Position numbers and translations under genes: made by a program | NCBI GenBank assembly: GCA_964610125.1 | Contig: CAZSUV010000001.1 | Coordinates: 120,035-184,034, forward strand | Length of the DNA: 64,000 nt | Direction: 5' to 3' | From: an uncultured Candidatus Saccharibacteria bacterium | Lineage (GTDB): Bacteria > Patescibacteriota > Dojkabacteria > SC72 | Shown: positions 55,870-64,000 of the stretch, piece by piece | How positions within the stretch are numbered: position 1 is the stretch's first letter | Layout: each line of letters opens with the position of its first letter | The notes under the pieces: generated by a model | Seen by the model: only the letters and a program-made list of their open reading frames with translations | Told to the model about the DNA's origin: nothing | The model's database searches: none

Positions 55870-56874
55870 ATGGAAAAAACATTTTTAGTTATTACATCAA
55901 TTGCTGACGATAAGCATCCTATCCTAAATTCCATAGCCAATGATGCTGCAAAAAATGATGTTCCATTTATTGTAGTTGGTGATACCAAGAGTCCTGATAA
56001 ATTTGAAATTAAAAATTGTGATTTCTATTCTGCCAATCGACAAGCAAGTTTGGATTTTGATCTTGCAAAAGTTCTTCCATTTAAGCATTATGCGCGTAAA
56101 AATATTGGTTACTTGATAGCTATGTCAAAGGGAGCAGAAACAATAATAGAAACAGACGATGACAATATTCCATTAGAAGGTTTTTGGAATAATCGTAGTA
56201 GAGAGGTAGAAGCGCATCTATTAAACGATCAAGGCTGGGTTAATGTATATAAATATTTTACGGAGAAATTAATATGGCCAAGGGGTTTTGCTCTGGAAAA
56301 TATACAAAAAGAACTTGTTAATATAGATACCATGCAAAAGGTTGATTGCCCAATACAACAGGGCTTGGCAGACGAGAACCCTGACGTGGATGCAATATAT
56401 AGATTAACATTACCTTTGCCGGTAACCTTTAATAAATCAGAGAATATAGCATTAGGAAAAAATTCTATTTGTCCTTTTAATAGCCAAAATACTACTTGGT
56501 TTAAGGAAGCTTTTCCTCTTATGTATCTTCCTTCTTATTGTAGTTTCAGAATGACAGATATATGGAGATCATTTGTAGCACAACGGGTTGCATGGACGTG
56601 TGGTTGGCCAATACTGTTTCATAATAGTACAGTAAGACAAGAGAGGAATGATCATAATTTGATGAAAGATTTCCGTGATGAGGTTTCAGGATATAATAAT
56701 AATGAGATGATTTGTCAAAGCTTAAAGGAACTTGATTTAAAAGAAGGCATTGAAAATATATCTCAAAATATGATTCTGTGTTATGAAAAACTTATTAGTT
56801 TAGAACTTGTTGGGAAAGAGGAGATGGAGTTGCTTAATTATTGGTTGAAGGATGTGACTAAATTGAATGATTAA
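55870..56874 (+). CDS. Putative GT-A-like glycosyltransferase (DxD motif), 334 aa
   Basis: The ATG at 55870 (MEKTFLV) is preferred over the track start 55819. ETDDDNIP matches a DxD motif. Soluble. Confidence 0.5.
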   Translation: MEKTFLVITSIADDKHPILNSIANDAAKNDVPFIVVGDTKSPDKFEIKNCDFYSANRQASLDFDLAKVLPFKHYARKNIGYLIAMSKGAETIIETDDDNIPLEGFWNNRSREVEAHLLNDQGWVNVYKYFTEKLIWPRGFALENIQKELVNIDTMQKVDCPIQQGLADENPDVDAIYRLTLPLPVTFNKSENIALGKNSICPFNSQNTTWFKEAFPLMYLPSYCSFRMTDIWRSFVAQRVAWTCGWPILFHNSTVRQERNDHNLMKDFRDEVSGYNNNEMICQSLKELDLKEGIENISQNMILCYEKLISLELVGKEEMELLNYWLKDVTKLND

Positions 56875-58177
56875 TAGAATTGAGATGAAATTCACATTGA
56901 AAAAGGAAACTTTATTAAATATATTTTATTTCTCATTCATATTTATTCTTACGTGGATATTTATAAAAAGTATAATATCTGGATTTGCGAAAGAAAGTTG
57001 GAATATAACCGAATTTTTGATCAATTATCAGGGAGGGTTTGTAAGAAGAGGGTTGCTTGGGGAAGTCTTACTTCATTTATATAACTATTTTGCTCTAAAT
57101 CCATACTTTATAATATTAGGTATTTGTGTGTTAGCATATGTTGTTTTGGCAACTTTCTTTCTTAAATCCTTTATCAAGAAAGGATATACAATATTTATTC
57201 TTCCATTTGTTTTTTTTCTTGGGAATCCAATTATAAATGATGTTTGGGTAAGAAAAGATGTTTTGCTTATCTTACTTTTGATATCTGCGATATATTTTGT
57301 AACAAGAAAATCAAATTGGTATATTATTTTAGCCAACATTTTTTTGATTTTTGGTCTACTAATTCATGAATCTATTGGTTTCTTTAGCTTACCAATATTA
57401 TTGCTGATAATCTTTTACAAAGATAAAGTCTTTGATGCTATGAAGCAATCACGGATAAGAAGGATTTTTATTTCAATTGCTAAACTATTTCCTGCAATCT
57501 TAACATTCTTTTGCACATTTTATTATAGCGGTTCTTTATCTATCTCCAATAAAATATGGGAATCTTGGAAACATGTAGAATTCCCAATTCAATCAATTGA
57601 TAATACCGTTATCCCTGGTGCAATAGATGGGATATCATGGTCATTTAAGAGAGGACTTTCTTTGGCAATAGATACATTAAAAAACTTTCAAGATGGAATT
57701 TATGCTCCGCTTGCATGGGTTTTGATTATTATTTTAATCTATTTTTTGTTAACAAACACAGACAAATTTAATTTTAAGATTTTGAAGTATCAACCTTTTA
57801 AGAACTTTAATAAAACAAATATCTCGAATATTCTCCTATTTCAACTGATGACGATTAGTCCTCTTTTTGTACTTGGTTGGGATTATAGTCGTTGGATATT
57901 TTTCTGGGTTACTTCATCATTTGCATTAATTGTTTTAATCTCAGAAGAAAAGCTTTCTGCTATATTTCCGCAAATCCTTACATCAATTAGTACGAAGATA
58001 AACAAGATTCTTAATTTATTTTTTAGTCAATCAAAAAGCTTTTTATTTCTAATATTGATACTTATTGGTATTCCAACATATAGTTGGTCCTTAATTGGAT
58101 TTGTAAACTCAAGTGCTTTTGTAATCTTATTAAAATTTTTCTCAATAATGATAGAGTCTGTCAAAACTTTGATATAA
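56867..58177 (+). CDS. Polytopic membrane protein (putative polymerase or GT-C-like glycosyltransferase)
   Basis: 436 aa, more than 10 TM helices, embedded in the glycan cluster. Confidence 0.5.
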   Translation: MINRIEMKFTLKKETLLNIFYFSFIFILTWIFIKSIISGFAKESWNITEFLINYQGGFVRRGLLGEVLLHLYNYFALNPYFIILGICVLAYVVLATFFLKSFIKKGYTIFILPFVFFLGNPIINDVWVRKDVLLILLLISAIYFVTRKSNWYIILANIFLIFGLLIHESIGFFSLPILLLIIFYKDKVFDAMKQSRIRRIFISIAKLFPAILTFFCTFYYSGSLSISNKIWESWKHVEFPIQSIDNTVIPGAIDGISWSFKRGLSLAIDTLKNFQDGIYAPLAWVLIIILIYFLLTNTDKFNFKILKYQPFKNFNKTNISNILLFQLMTISPLFVLGWDYSRWIFFWVTSSFALIVLISEEKLSAIFPQILTSISTKINKILNLFFSQSKSFLFLILILIGIPTYSWSLIGFVNSSAFVILLKFFSIMIESVKTLI

Positions 58178-58185
58178 AGAATAGC

Positions 58186-59400
58186 TTACTGTAGCCTCTT
58201 TCTTAACCTCCCAGTTTGCAAATATAGTATCAACAAAGTTATAAATGTTATTGGGGATATCATATATCGAGGTTGTATTTCTAGTAGAGTATGGATGAAA
58301 AAGAAAAGAATAAGTACGGTCATACCATATATGAAAACATATCTCTCTTGTGAGCTCTTTTTCTTCCATTCGTAAATAAACAAGAATACTAATAAGGCAG
58401 AAATGGTTTTTATAGTTTTTACTGCCATGCCTTCAATAATATCTGCGGATAAGAAAAAGTATGTATTTTCGTTAGAATTGGTACTTTGATATTGTAACCA
58501 CCAAAATCCGTTTTGGTTATGATTAAAAAGATAATTATCCCATTTACAAAGAATGGTTGTTAGCAATTTTCTTTTTGGTAGGTCTCTAAGGCCATCTAAA
58601 AGGGCTTTAGATAGCGGAAGAGACGATTCTCGCTTTTCTCTTTCGACGGCTTCGGCAGTCCATTCTCCACAATATGGTCCTGCTTCATATGTTTCTATAA
58701 GTCCTGTGTAGAAAGCAAGTCTTTTGTGTGTAGATAAAGAATCTTTGTTTTGGGAATTGCTTTCTAAAATAGTACAAATTGAAAAGGCAATGGCTGTAGA
58801 TAAGGTTATCCCGATAACAATTTTCTTGATAAGAGGATTGTTCTTGTGTGTGAATAAAATATAGATAATTATCCCAATTATTAAGATGATAGAAATATAT
58901 AATAATTGACTTCGCATTGTTAAACTTATGGCGATTACTATGATCGATAAAATATAAAGTATGTTTTTGTTTTTCTCAATTGAAAGCAGGAAAAATTTTA
59001 ATCCAAGAACGTACAAGATAATGGTAGGAATATCTGAGTTAACCGATGATGAGTATCCAGCAAACCAAATCCCAAATAATGGAAGTAAGCATGTCGCTAA
59101 AATTTGCCACTTTGAATCGTTGTTAACGTATAAGGCATAAGATAAAGAGATAAAGCAAAGAGAATTGACCAGAAAGGCACACCAATATGGTTCTAAGCCA
59201 ATTTCCTTGAATGGCAAATATAGTATAAACAAAATGCCCCCTTTTACATATTCGGAGAGATTGCTAAAAGAACTCCAATAAAAATCTTGAAAATCACTCA
59301 AGGGGGTTGGTTTAAAAGTAAACGTAAGGTATGCAAATAATGAAATTACGGCAAGGGTAAAGATTATGTGTATTACTAGGAGTATGCTTTTTCTGGTCAT
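58186..59400 (-). CDS. Polytopic membrane protein, GT-C-like (ArnT/PMT-like architecture)
   Basis: 404 aa, multiple TM helices with an extracytoplasmic loop domain. Confidence 0.5.
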   Translation of the reverse strand: MTRKSILLVIHIIFTLAVISLFAYLTFTFKPTPLSDFQDFYWSSFSNLSEYVKGGILFILYLPFKEIGLEPYWCAFLVNSLCFISLSYALYVNNDSKWQILATCLLPLFGIWFAGYSSSVNSDIPTIILYVLGLKFFLLSIEKNKNILYILSIIVIAISLTMRSQLLYISIILIIGIIIYILFTHKNNPLIKKIVIGITLSTAIAFSICTILESNSQNKDSLSTHKRLAFYTGLIETYEAGPYCGEWTAEAVEREKRESSLPLSKALLDGLRDLPKRKLLTTILCKWDNYLFNHNQNGFWWLQYQSTNSNENTYFFLSADIIEGMAVKTIKTISALLVFLFIYEWKKKSSQERYVFIYGMTVLILFFFIHTLLEIQPRYMISPITFITLLILYLQTGRLRKRLQ

Positions 59401-59462
59401 AATACAGAACTGAATAATTTATGCTCAAGTATATATTAATCCTGGACTAGTGTCATTCTCAG

Positions 59463-60752
59463 ATGGTATCATCTGAGAACGAATGGATTAATACTATGTT
59501 TTATCTACTAACGAAATTTACTAAAAAAATTCAAAGAATAGCTGAAAATACTAAGAAAAGGGGTTTAACTCAGACTTTTGCATATCTTGGGTACAAGCTT
59601 TCTATCAACCCTGTTTCATTAAAGTTAAGGCAATCAAAGTTAGATAAACAGTTAGGTGAAATACTTAAGGAGAACGAGGGAAAACCAATAATCCTTTCTA
59701 TGTCTTTCATAGATTGGAAGGTTCCTCTTTACCAAAGGCCTCAACATATAGCTATACAATTAGCTAAAAAGGGGTATTTGTATTTCTACAATACTAGAAA
59801 TGGATATGATTTCTTAGATGGATACAAGAAGATTGGTGAGAATATGTATCTTACGAATAGGTTTGATGATGTATATGAGAAGTTAAAGGGTAAAAAGAAA
59901 TATATACATTTGTATTCTACTAATATGTATGAGGATGATGAGAAGAGATTGGAAAGAGCTTTAGATAATGGGGATATGATTTTGTATGAGTATATTGATG
60001 AGATTAGTGAGAAAATATCTGGAAAAGAGATTCCAAAGTTTGTATTGGATAGGCATGAGAGATTACTTAAGGATGAAGAGCATTGTTTTGTTATAGCTAC
60101 TGCAGACAAACTTTACAATGATGTTGCTAAGTACAGGAGGAGGAATTTTGAATTGGTAACTAATGGAGTAGTGTATGAACATTTCAGAGATATTGAAAAT
60201 AGCATTCCTAAGGAGATGGAAGTGGTTGTTGATCAGAAGAAACCAATAATAGGGTACTATGGTGCTTTGGCTAGTTGGTTTGATTACAAGGTTATTAAAG
60301 AGGTTGCTAATATGAGGAAGGATTGGAATATTGTGTTAATAGGTTGGGACTATGATGGTACTTTCAAGAATTCGGGATTGGATAATTTAAAGAATGTATT
60401 TGTTGTTCCTCCTGTTAATTACCATAAGCTTCCTTTGTATGCTCAATGGTTTGATGTATGTATGATTCCATTCCAGATAAATGAGGTTACATTATCTACG
60501 TCTCCTGTTAAGTTATTTGAATATATGGCTTTAGGTAAACCTATTGTTACTACACCTATGCCTGAGTGTAAGAAATACAAGAGTGTATTGATAGCTGAGA
60601 ATGATGCTAAGGATTTTGCTAAGAAGATTGAAGAAGGATTAAAACTAAGAGGTGATGCTAAGTATGAGGAGTTGCTTAAAAAAGAAGCATTAGAAAATAC
60701 TTGGGAGAAGAAGGCGGAAGATATAAATATACTAATAAAGATCGTAAAATAA
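59463..60752 (+). CDS. Glycosyltransferase, GT-B fold (GT4-like), paralog of 53418..54650
   Basis: C-terminal halves align (WFDYKVI.../WLDADIL..., PVKLFEYMALGKPIV / PVKFYEYISSGKPVV). Confidence 0.7.
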   Translation: MVSSENEWINTMFYLLTKFTKKIQRIAENTKKRGLTQTFAYLGYKLSINPVSLKLRQSKLDKQLGEILKENEGKPIILSMSFIDWKVPLYQRPQHIAIQLAKKGYLYFYNTRNGYDFLDGYKKIGENMYLTNRFDDVYEKLKGKKKYIHLYSTNMYEDDEKRLERALDNGDMILYEYIDEISEKISGKEIPKFVLDRHERLLKDEEHCFVIATADKLYNDVAKYRRRNFELVTNGVVYEHFRDIENSIPKEMEVVVDQKKPIIGYYGALASWFDYKVIKEVANMRKDWNIVLIGWDYDGTFKNSGLDNLKNVFVVPPVNYHKLPLYAQWFDVCMIPFQINEVTLSTSPVKLFEYMALGKPIVTTPMPECKKYKSVLIAENDAKDFAKKIEEGLKLRGDAKYEELLKKEALENTWEKKAEDINILIKIVK

Positions 60753-60770
60753 GTTTTATAAAGTTATAAT

Positions 60771-61799
60771 ATGATTATTAGATCCAAGGCACCATTAAGA
60801 TTAGGATTGGCAGGAGGTGGAACAGATGTTGCTCCTTTTTGTGATCAATATGGAGGTTATGTGCTTAATGTCACAATAGGTTTGTATGCATATTGTACTA
60901 TTGAGCCAACGAAAGATGGAAAAATATCTTTCTATTCCTCAGATAGAGATGAATATTTTGAGTGTAAAAGTACTTCACATATAGAGTTAGATGATAAGTT
61001 GATTCTTCATAAAGGAGTTTATAATCGAATAGTCAAAGACTTTAATAACGGGAAGCCCTTATCTTTCAAAATGACAACTTATGCTGATGTTCCTGCGGGA
61101 TCAGGATTAGGATCATCTTCAACAATGGTAGTTGCTCTAATAAAAGCATATATGGAATGGCTAAATCTTCCATTAGGGGAATACGATACGGCTAATTTAG
61201 CATATGAAATTGAAAGGATTGATTTAGGCCTTTCCGGAGGAATGCAAGATCAGTATTCAGCTACTTTCGGTGGATTGAATTTCATGGAATTCCTAGGTGG
61301 AGAAAGAGTAATAGTTAATCCTCTCAGAATAAAGAATTGGGTAAAAAATGAACTGGAGAATTCTTTAATACTATATTATCTAGGAGCTTCAAGGGATAGT
61401 GCGAAAATTATCACGGAACAGATAAAAAATGTTGAAAAAAAGAGCAAGAAAAATATTGATGCCATGCTTGAAACGAAAGAAAAGGCTGTGATTATGAAAG
61501 AAGCAATTTTAAAAGGAGATTTTGAATCTTTTGCAACTTGTCTTAATTCGGGATGGGAGGCAAAGAAAAGGATGGCCTCTGTTATTAGTAATAAAGATAT
61601 TGATAAAATATTCCGCTATGTCATGTCCCATGGAGGAAAAGCTGCAAAGATCTCCGGTGCAGGGGGAGGTGGTTTTATGATGATAATTGTAGACCCTGCA
61701 AAAAGATTTGAATTAGTTGAAGCTTTGAAGAAAAAAGGAGGAATAGTTTTTAAAACTATGATTGTTGAAAAGGGTACTGAGGCTTGGACTTTATATTAA
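60771..61799 (+). CDS. hddA: GHMP-family sugar kinase (D-glycero-alpha-D-manno-heptose 7-phosphate kinase-like)
   Basis: [13 protein letters not shown]; [15 protein letters not shown] (GHMP ATP motif); 342 aa. Confidence 0.75.
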   Translation: MIIRSKAPLRLGLAGGGTDVAPFCDQYGGYVLNVTIGLYAYCTIEPTKDGKISFYSSDRDEYFECKSTSHIELDDKLILHKGVYNRIVKDFNNGKPLSFKMTTYADVPAGSGLGSSSTMVVALIKAYMEWLNLPLGEYDTANLAYEIERIDLGLSGGMQDQYSATFGGLNFMEFLGGERVIVNPLRIKNWVKNELENSLILYYLGASRDSAKIITEQIKNVEKKSKKNIDAMLETKEKAVIMKEAILKGDFESFATCLNSGWEAKKRMASVISNKDIDKIFRYVMSHGGKAAKISGAGGGGFMMIIVDPAKRFELVEALKKKGGIVFKTMIVEKGTEAWTLY

Positions 61800-61814
61800 T
61801 TTAGCTAATTAAGC

Positions 61815-62507
61815 ATGGAGGCAATTATTTTAGCTGGTGGACTAGGTACAAGGCTTGCACATATAGTTAATGATGCTCCTAAGTCTATGGCACTAGTTTG
61901 TGAAAAGCCATTTCTGAAATATGTTCTTGATAATTTAAAGAAATATCACTTTAAGCATATTGTTTTAGCCGTTGGACATATGCGAGAGCAGATTATGGAT
62001 TACGTCGGGAACGAATATCGTGGTATGGAAATAACATATTCGATTGAAGAATCTCTTTTGGGAACTGGTGGGGGAATAAGGCAGGCATTATCTTTTTGTA
62101 ATGATTCTGAAGTTTATGTGTTGAATGGTGACAGCTTTTTAGAAGTAGATTTTAAAGCAATGCGAGATTTTCATTTAATGAAACTTTCCGATGTAACAAT
62201 CGCTACAAAACATATGATCGATTTTGACCGTTATGGAACGATTAATATTGATAATACAAGTAAAAAGATTTTATCTTTTAATGAAAAGAAGTACCAAGAA
62301 GATGGGATAATTAGTGGGGGGATATATTTAATCAGGAAAAATACCTTAGATAATATAAAAGAAAAAAAATTTTCAATTGAGAAAGATGTATTTGAAAATA
62401 GGGATCTTAATCTTGATATGTACGCATTTGGAACAGATGGATATTTTATTGATATTGGTGTTCCAGAAGATTACTATCGGGCTCAAGAAGATTTTGCTAA
62501 ATTTTAA
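61815..62507 (+). CDS. hddC: Sugar-phosphate nucleotidyltransferase (heptose-1-phosphate guanylyltransferase-like)
   Basis: MEAIILAGGLGTRL...; 230 aa. Confidence 0.75.
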   Translation: MEAIILAGGLGTRLAHIVNDAPKSMALVCEKPFLKYVLDNLKKYHFKHIVLAVGHMREQIMDYVGNEYRGMEITYSIEESLLGTGGGIRQALSFCNDSEVYVLNGDSFLEVDFKAMRDFHLMKLSDVTIATKHMIDFDRYGTINIDNTSKKILSFNEKKYQEDGIISGGIYLIRKNTLDNIKEKKFSIEKDVFENRDLNLDMYAFGTDGYFIDIGVPEDYYRAQEDFAKF

Positions 62508-62519
62508 TTGTAAATAAAT

Positions 62520-63011
62520 TTGAATAAAGCGATTTTTTTGGATAGAGATGGTACTTTGAATGTAGAGAAAAATTACTTGTATAAGATAGAAGATTTCGAG
62601 TTTATACCTGGCATGCCTGAAGCTATAAAAAGATGGAATGAATTGGGATACAAGGTTATAGTTGTAACAAACCAGGCTGGAGTGGCAAGAGGTTACTATT
62701 CTGAGGATGACGTTATGAGTCTGCATACATATATAAATGAGTTGCTAATTAAATCAGGAGCCTATATTGATGCCTTCTATTACTGTCCTCACCACCCAAT
62801 TCACGGAATTGGAAAATATAAGGTAGAATGTAGTTGTAGAAAACCAAAAACAGGAATGTTAGAACAAGCAATATTAGATTTCGATATTAATGTAGCGCAG
62901 TCATATTTATTTGGTGACCATGATTCGGATATAGAAGCAGGGGAAAAAATGAAAATAAGGTCTTATAAAGTTGATGGATATTTATTCAATATAGAAAAAT
63001 ATAAATTTTAG
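62520..63011 (+). CDS. gmhB: D,D-heptose 1,7-bisphosphate phosphatase (HAD, zinc-binding)
   Basis: [11 protein letters not shown] (motif I); CPHHP...[10 protein letters not shown] (GmhB Zn site); GDHDSD. Apparent TTG start. Confidence 0.8.
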   Translation: MNKAIFLDRDGTLNVEKNYLYKIEDFEFIPGMPEAIKRWNELGYKVIVVTNQAGVARGYYSEDDVMSLHTYINELLIKSGAYIDAFYYCPHHPIHGIGKYKVECSCRKPKTGMLEQAILDFDINVAQSYLFGDHDSDIEAGEKMKIRSYKVDGYLFNIEKYKF

Positions 63012-63026
63012 AAAAGATACATCATT

Positions 63027-63761
63027 ATGGATCAAAAGATTTACGAAAATATAGATCAAAGATTTGCAAAATATTATAAATGGGTTGAAGAAAATAAGGA
63101 AAGTCTTCTAAGTCAAGCAGAATTGGAGAAGTATCAATATGATTGGCCACGATTTGCCCTATCAATTGGACTAATGGATAAATATTATGGAAATAAAAAG
63201 CTACAAATATTAGAACTTGGTGGAGAAGGGGTTTCGACTAAATTTCTTAGAGCATATTTCCCCAATTGGAATATAAGTAACTATTGTGATGATCTAAGAC
63301 AGAAAAATTGGGATTTAAAGGACGGACAATATGATTTAATTGTTAGTATGGAAGTTGTTGAACATTTGTCGGATGTAAATGAAGATCATTTTGAATGGAA
63401 TGCATCATTTCTTTACTCTGGATTAATGAATTGTTTGGAAGAAAGCAATAGAGTGTTGAACAACAAAGGGAGAATATTTTTAACAACACCGAATGCTTTG
63501 AGCAACATTCACTTTTATAAAATGATTGTAGGCGAAATCCCTCATCAATATTCCCCTCATGTTCGAGAGTATACATATGAGGAACTACTTGGGATTATTA
63601 AACAAATGAAACTGCCAGTTAGAAACTATGAATGTCTTGAGGCTTTGTGCGTATGTTGGGATTTCTCATATATAACGGATTTTATAAAAAAATCAAAAGG
63701 AAATTTGAAAAACAGACACTCTACCTTGTTTTTTGACTTAGGCGTAAACAAAGTAATATAA
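63027..63761 (+). CDS. Putative class I SAM-dependent methyltransferase-like protein
   Basis: ILELGGEG resembles motif I; DLIVSMEVVEHL resembles the post-II region; 244 aa. Confidence 0.5.
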   Translation: MDQKIYENIDQRFAKYYKWVEENKESLLSQAELEKYQYDWPRFALSIGLMDKYYGNKKLQILELGGEGVSTKFLRAYFPNWNISNYCDDLRQKNWDLKDGQYDLIVSMEVVEHLSDVNEDHFEWNASFLYSGLMNCLEESNRVLNNKGRIFLTTPNALSNIHFYKMIVGEIPHQYSPHVREYTYEELLGIIKQMKLPVRNYECLEALCVCWDFSYITDFIKKSKGNLKNRHSTLFFDLGVNKVI

Positions 63762-63817
63762 AAATATTTTGTATGCCCCTATAGAGTTATTTATTGTCAT
63801 AATATATACTTATAGAA

Positions 63818-64000
63818 ATGGATAACGAGACACTAAAAAATTTAGATAATAAGTTCATAAAATATTATGAATGGCTTAATCAGAGCAAAAATTCTCTTTT
63901 GACTCAGGAAGAATTAGAAATTTTTAAATATCATTGGGTTCGATTCGCCGTTTCCATAGGTTTGTTAGATCAATATTATGGAAATAAAGAGATGCGAGTT
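63818..64000 (+). CDS. Paralog of the preceding methyltransferase-like gene; N-terminal fragment, continues beyond the window
   Basis: MDNETLKNLDNKFIKYYEWLNQSKNSLLTQEELEIFKYHWVRFAVSIGLLDQYYGNKE aligns with the N-terminus of 63027..63761. Confidence 0.5.
   Translation, partial: MDNETLKNLDNKFIKYYEWLNQSKNSLLTQEELEIFKYHWVRFAVSIGLLDQYYGNKEMRV

Noticed and set aside
1-64000. CRISPR arrays, integrases, phage structural genes, restriction-modification or toxin-antitoxin modules
   Set aside because: No repeat-spacer periodicity was seen in any intergenic region. No ORF carries integrase, Cas, methyltransferase-endonuclease or small TA-pair signatures. The only mobile-element signature is the Y1 transposase at 50160-50636.

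Overview
This 64 kb window looks like a low-GC, gene-dense fragment of a Candidate Phyla Radiation (Patescibacteria)-type bacterium. A lineage call would need single-copy marker phylogeny. Nearly all ORFs of 100 aa or more are real genes; antisense shadow ORFs inside them are ignored. Genes are listed in order along the window. Positions 1-11.7 kb hold the main ribosomal protein operon, rplV' through rpsI, with secY, adk, infA, rpmJ, rpoA, rplQ, rplM and rpsI. L30 is absent, the usual CPR condition; L29 and map are also absent. L24 carries a C-terminal Cys4 zinc-ribbon tail and several r-proteins have K-rich extensions. An RNase P RNA (rnpB) sits at 12.65-12.96 kb. Translation and tRNA-modification genes follow: fmt, queA, tgt, rny, hup, trmD, miaA, glyQS, lysS and serS. 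There are two greA paralogs, tRNA-Glu(CUC) and tRNA-Pro(GGG). At 42.7-45.1 kb a form II/III-like RuBisCO large subunit lies tail-to-tail with a PRPP synthetase, followed by rubrerythrin, an ABC exporter, ferredoxin, a HIT protein, an esterase and a DsbA-like protein. At 50.1-50.65 kb there is a small HUH Y1 (IS200/RAYT-like) transposase gene bracketed by identical 20-28 bp perfect palindromes. From 51.9 kb to the window end a cell-envelope glycan cluster runs: a Wzm/Wzt ABC exporter, GT4, GT2 and GtrA genes, GT-C-like membrane proteins, the GDP-heptose pathway genes hddA, hddC and gmhB, and two methyltransferase-like paralogs. The most unusual unexplained signal is a GC-rich, highly structured roughly 300 nt minus-strand unit at 28.89-29.22 kb. 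It has a perfect sigma70 promoter, two tRNA-like modules and an intrinsic terminator. One module folds like tRNA-Ile(GAU) with a degenerate T-loop, and the other is closed by an 11 bp stem with a GGTTCTAATCCC T-arm-like motif. It matches no standard RNA gene I can assign by eye. Other unexplained blocks are a minus-strand membrane/wHTH operon (35.0-38.7 kb), an ABC-2 permease pair with no ATPase (29.6-31.2 kb), and orphan genes next to tRNA-Pro (40.9-42.7 kb).
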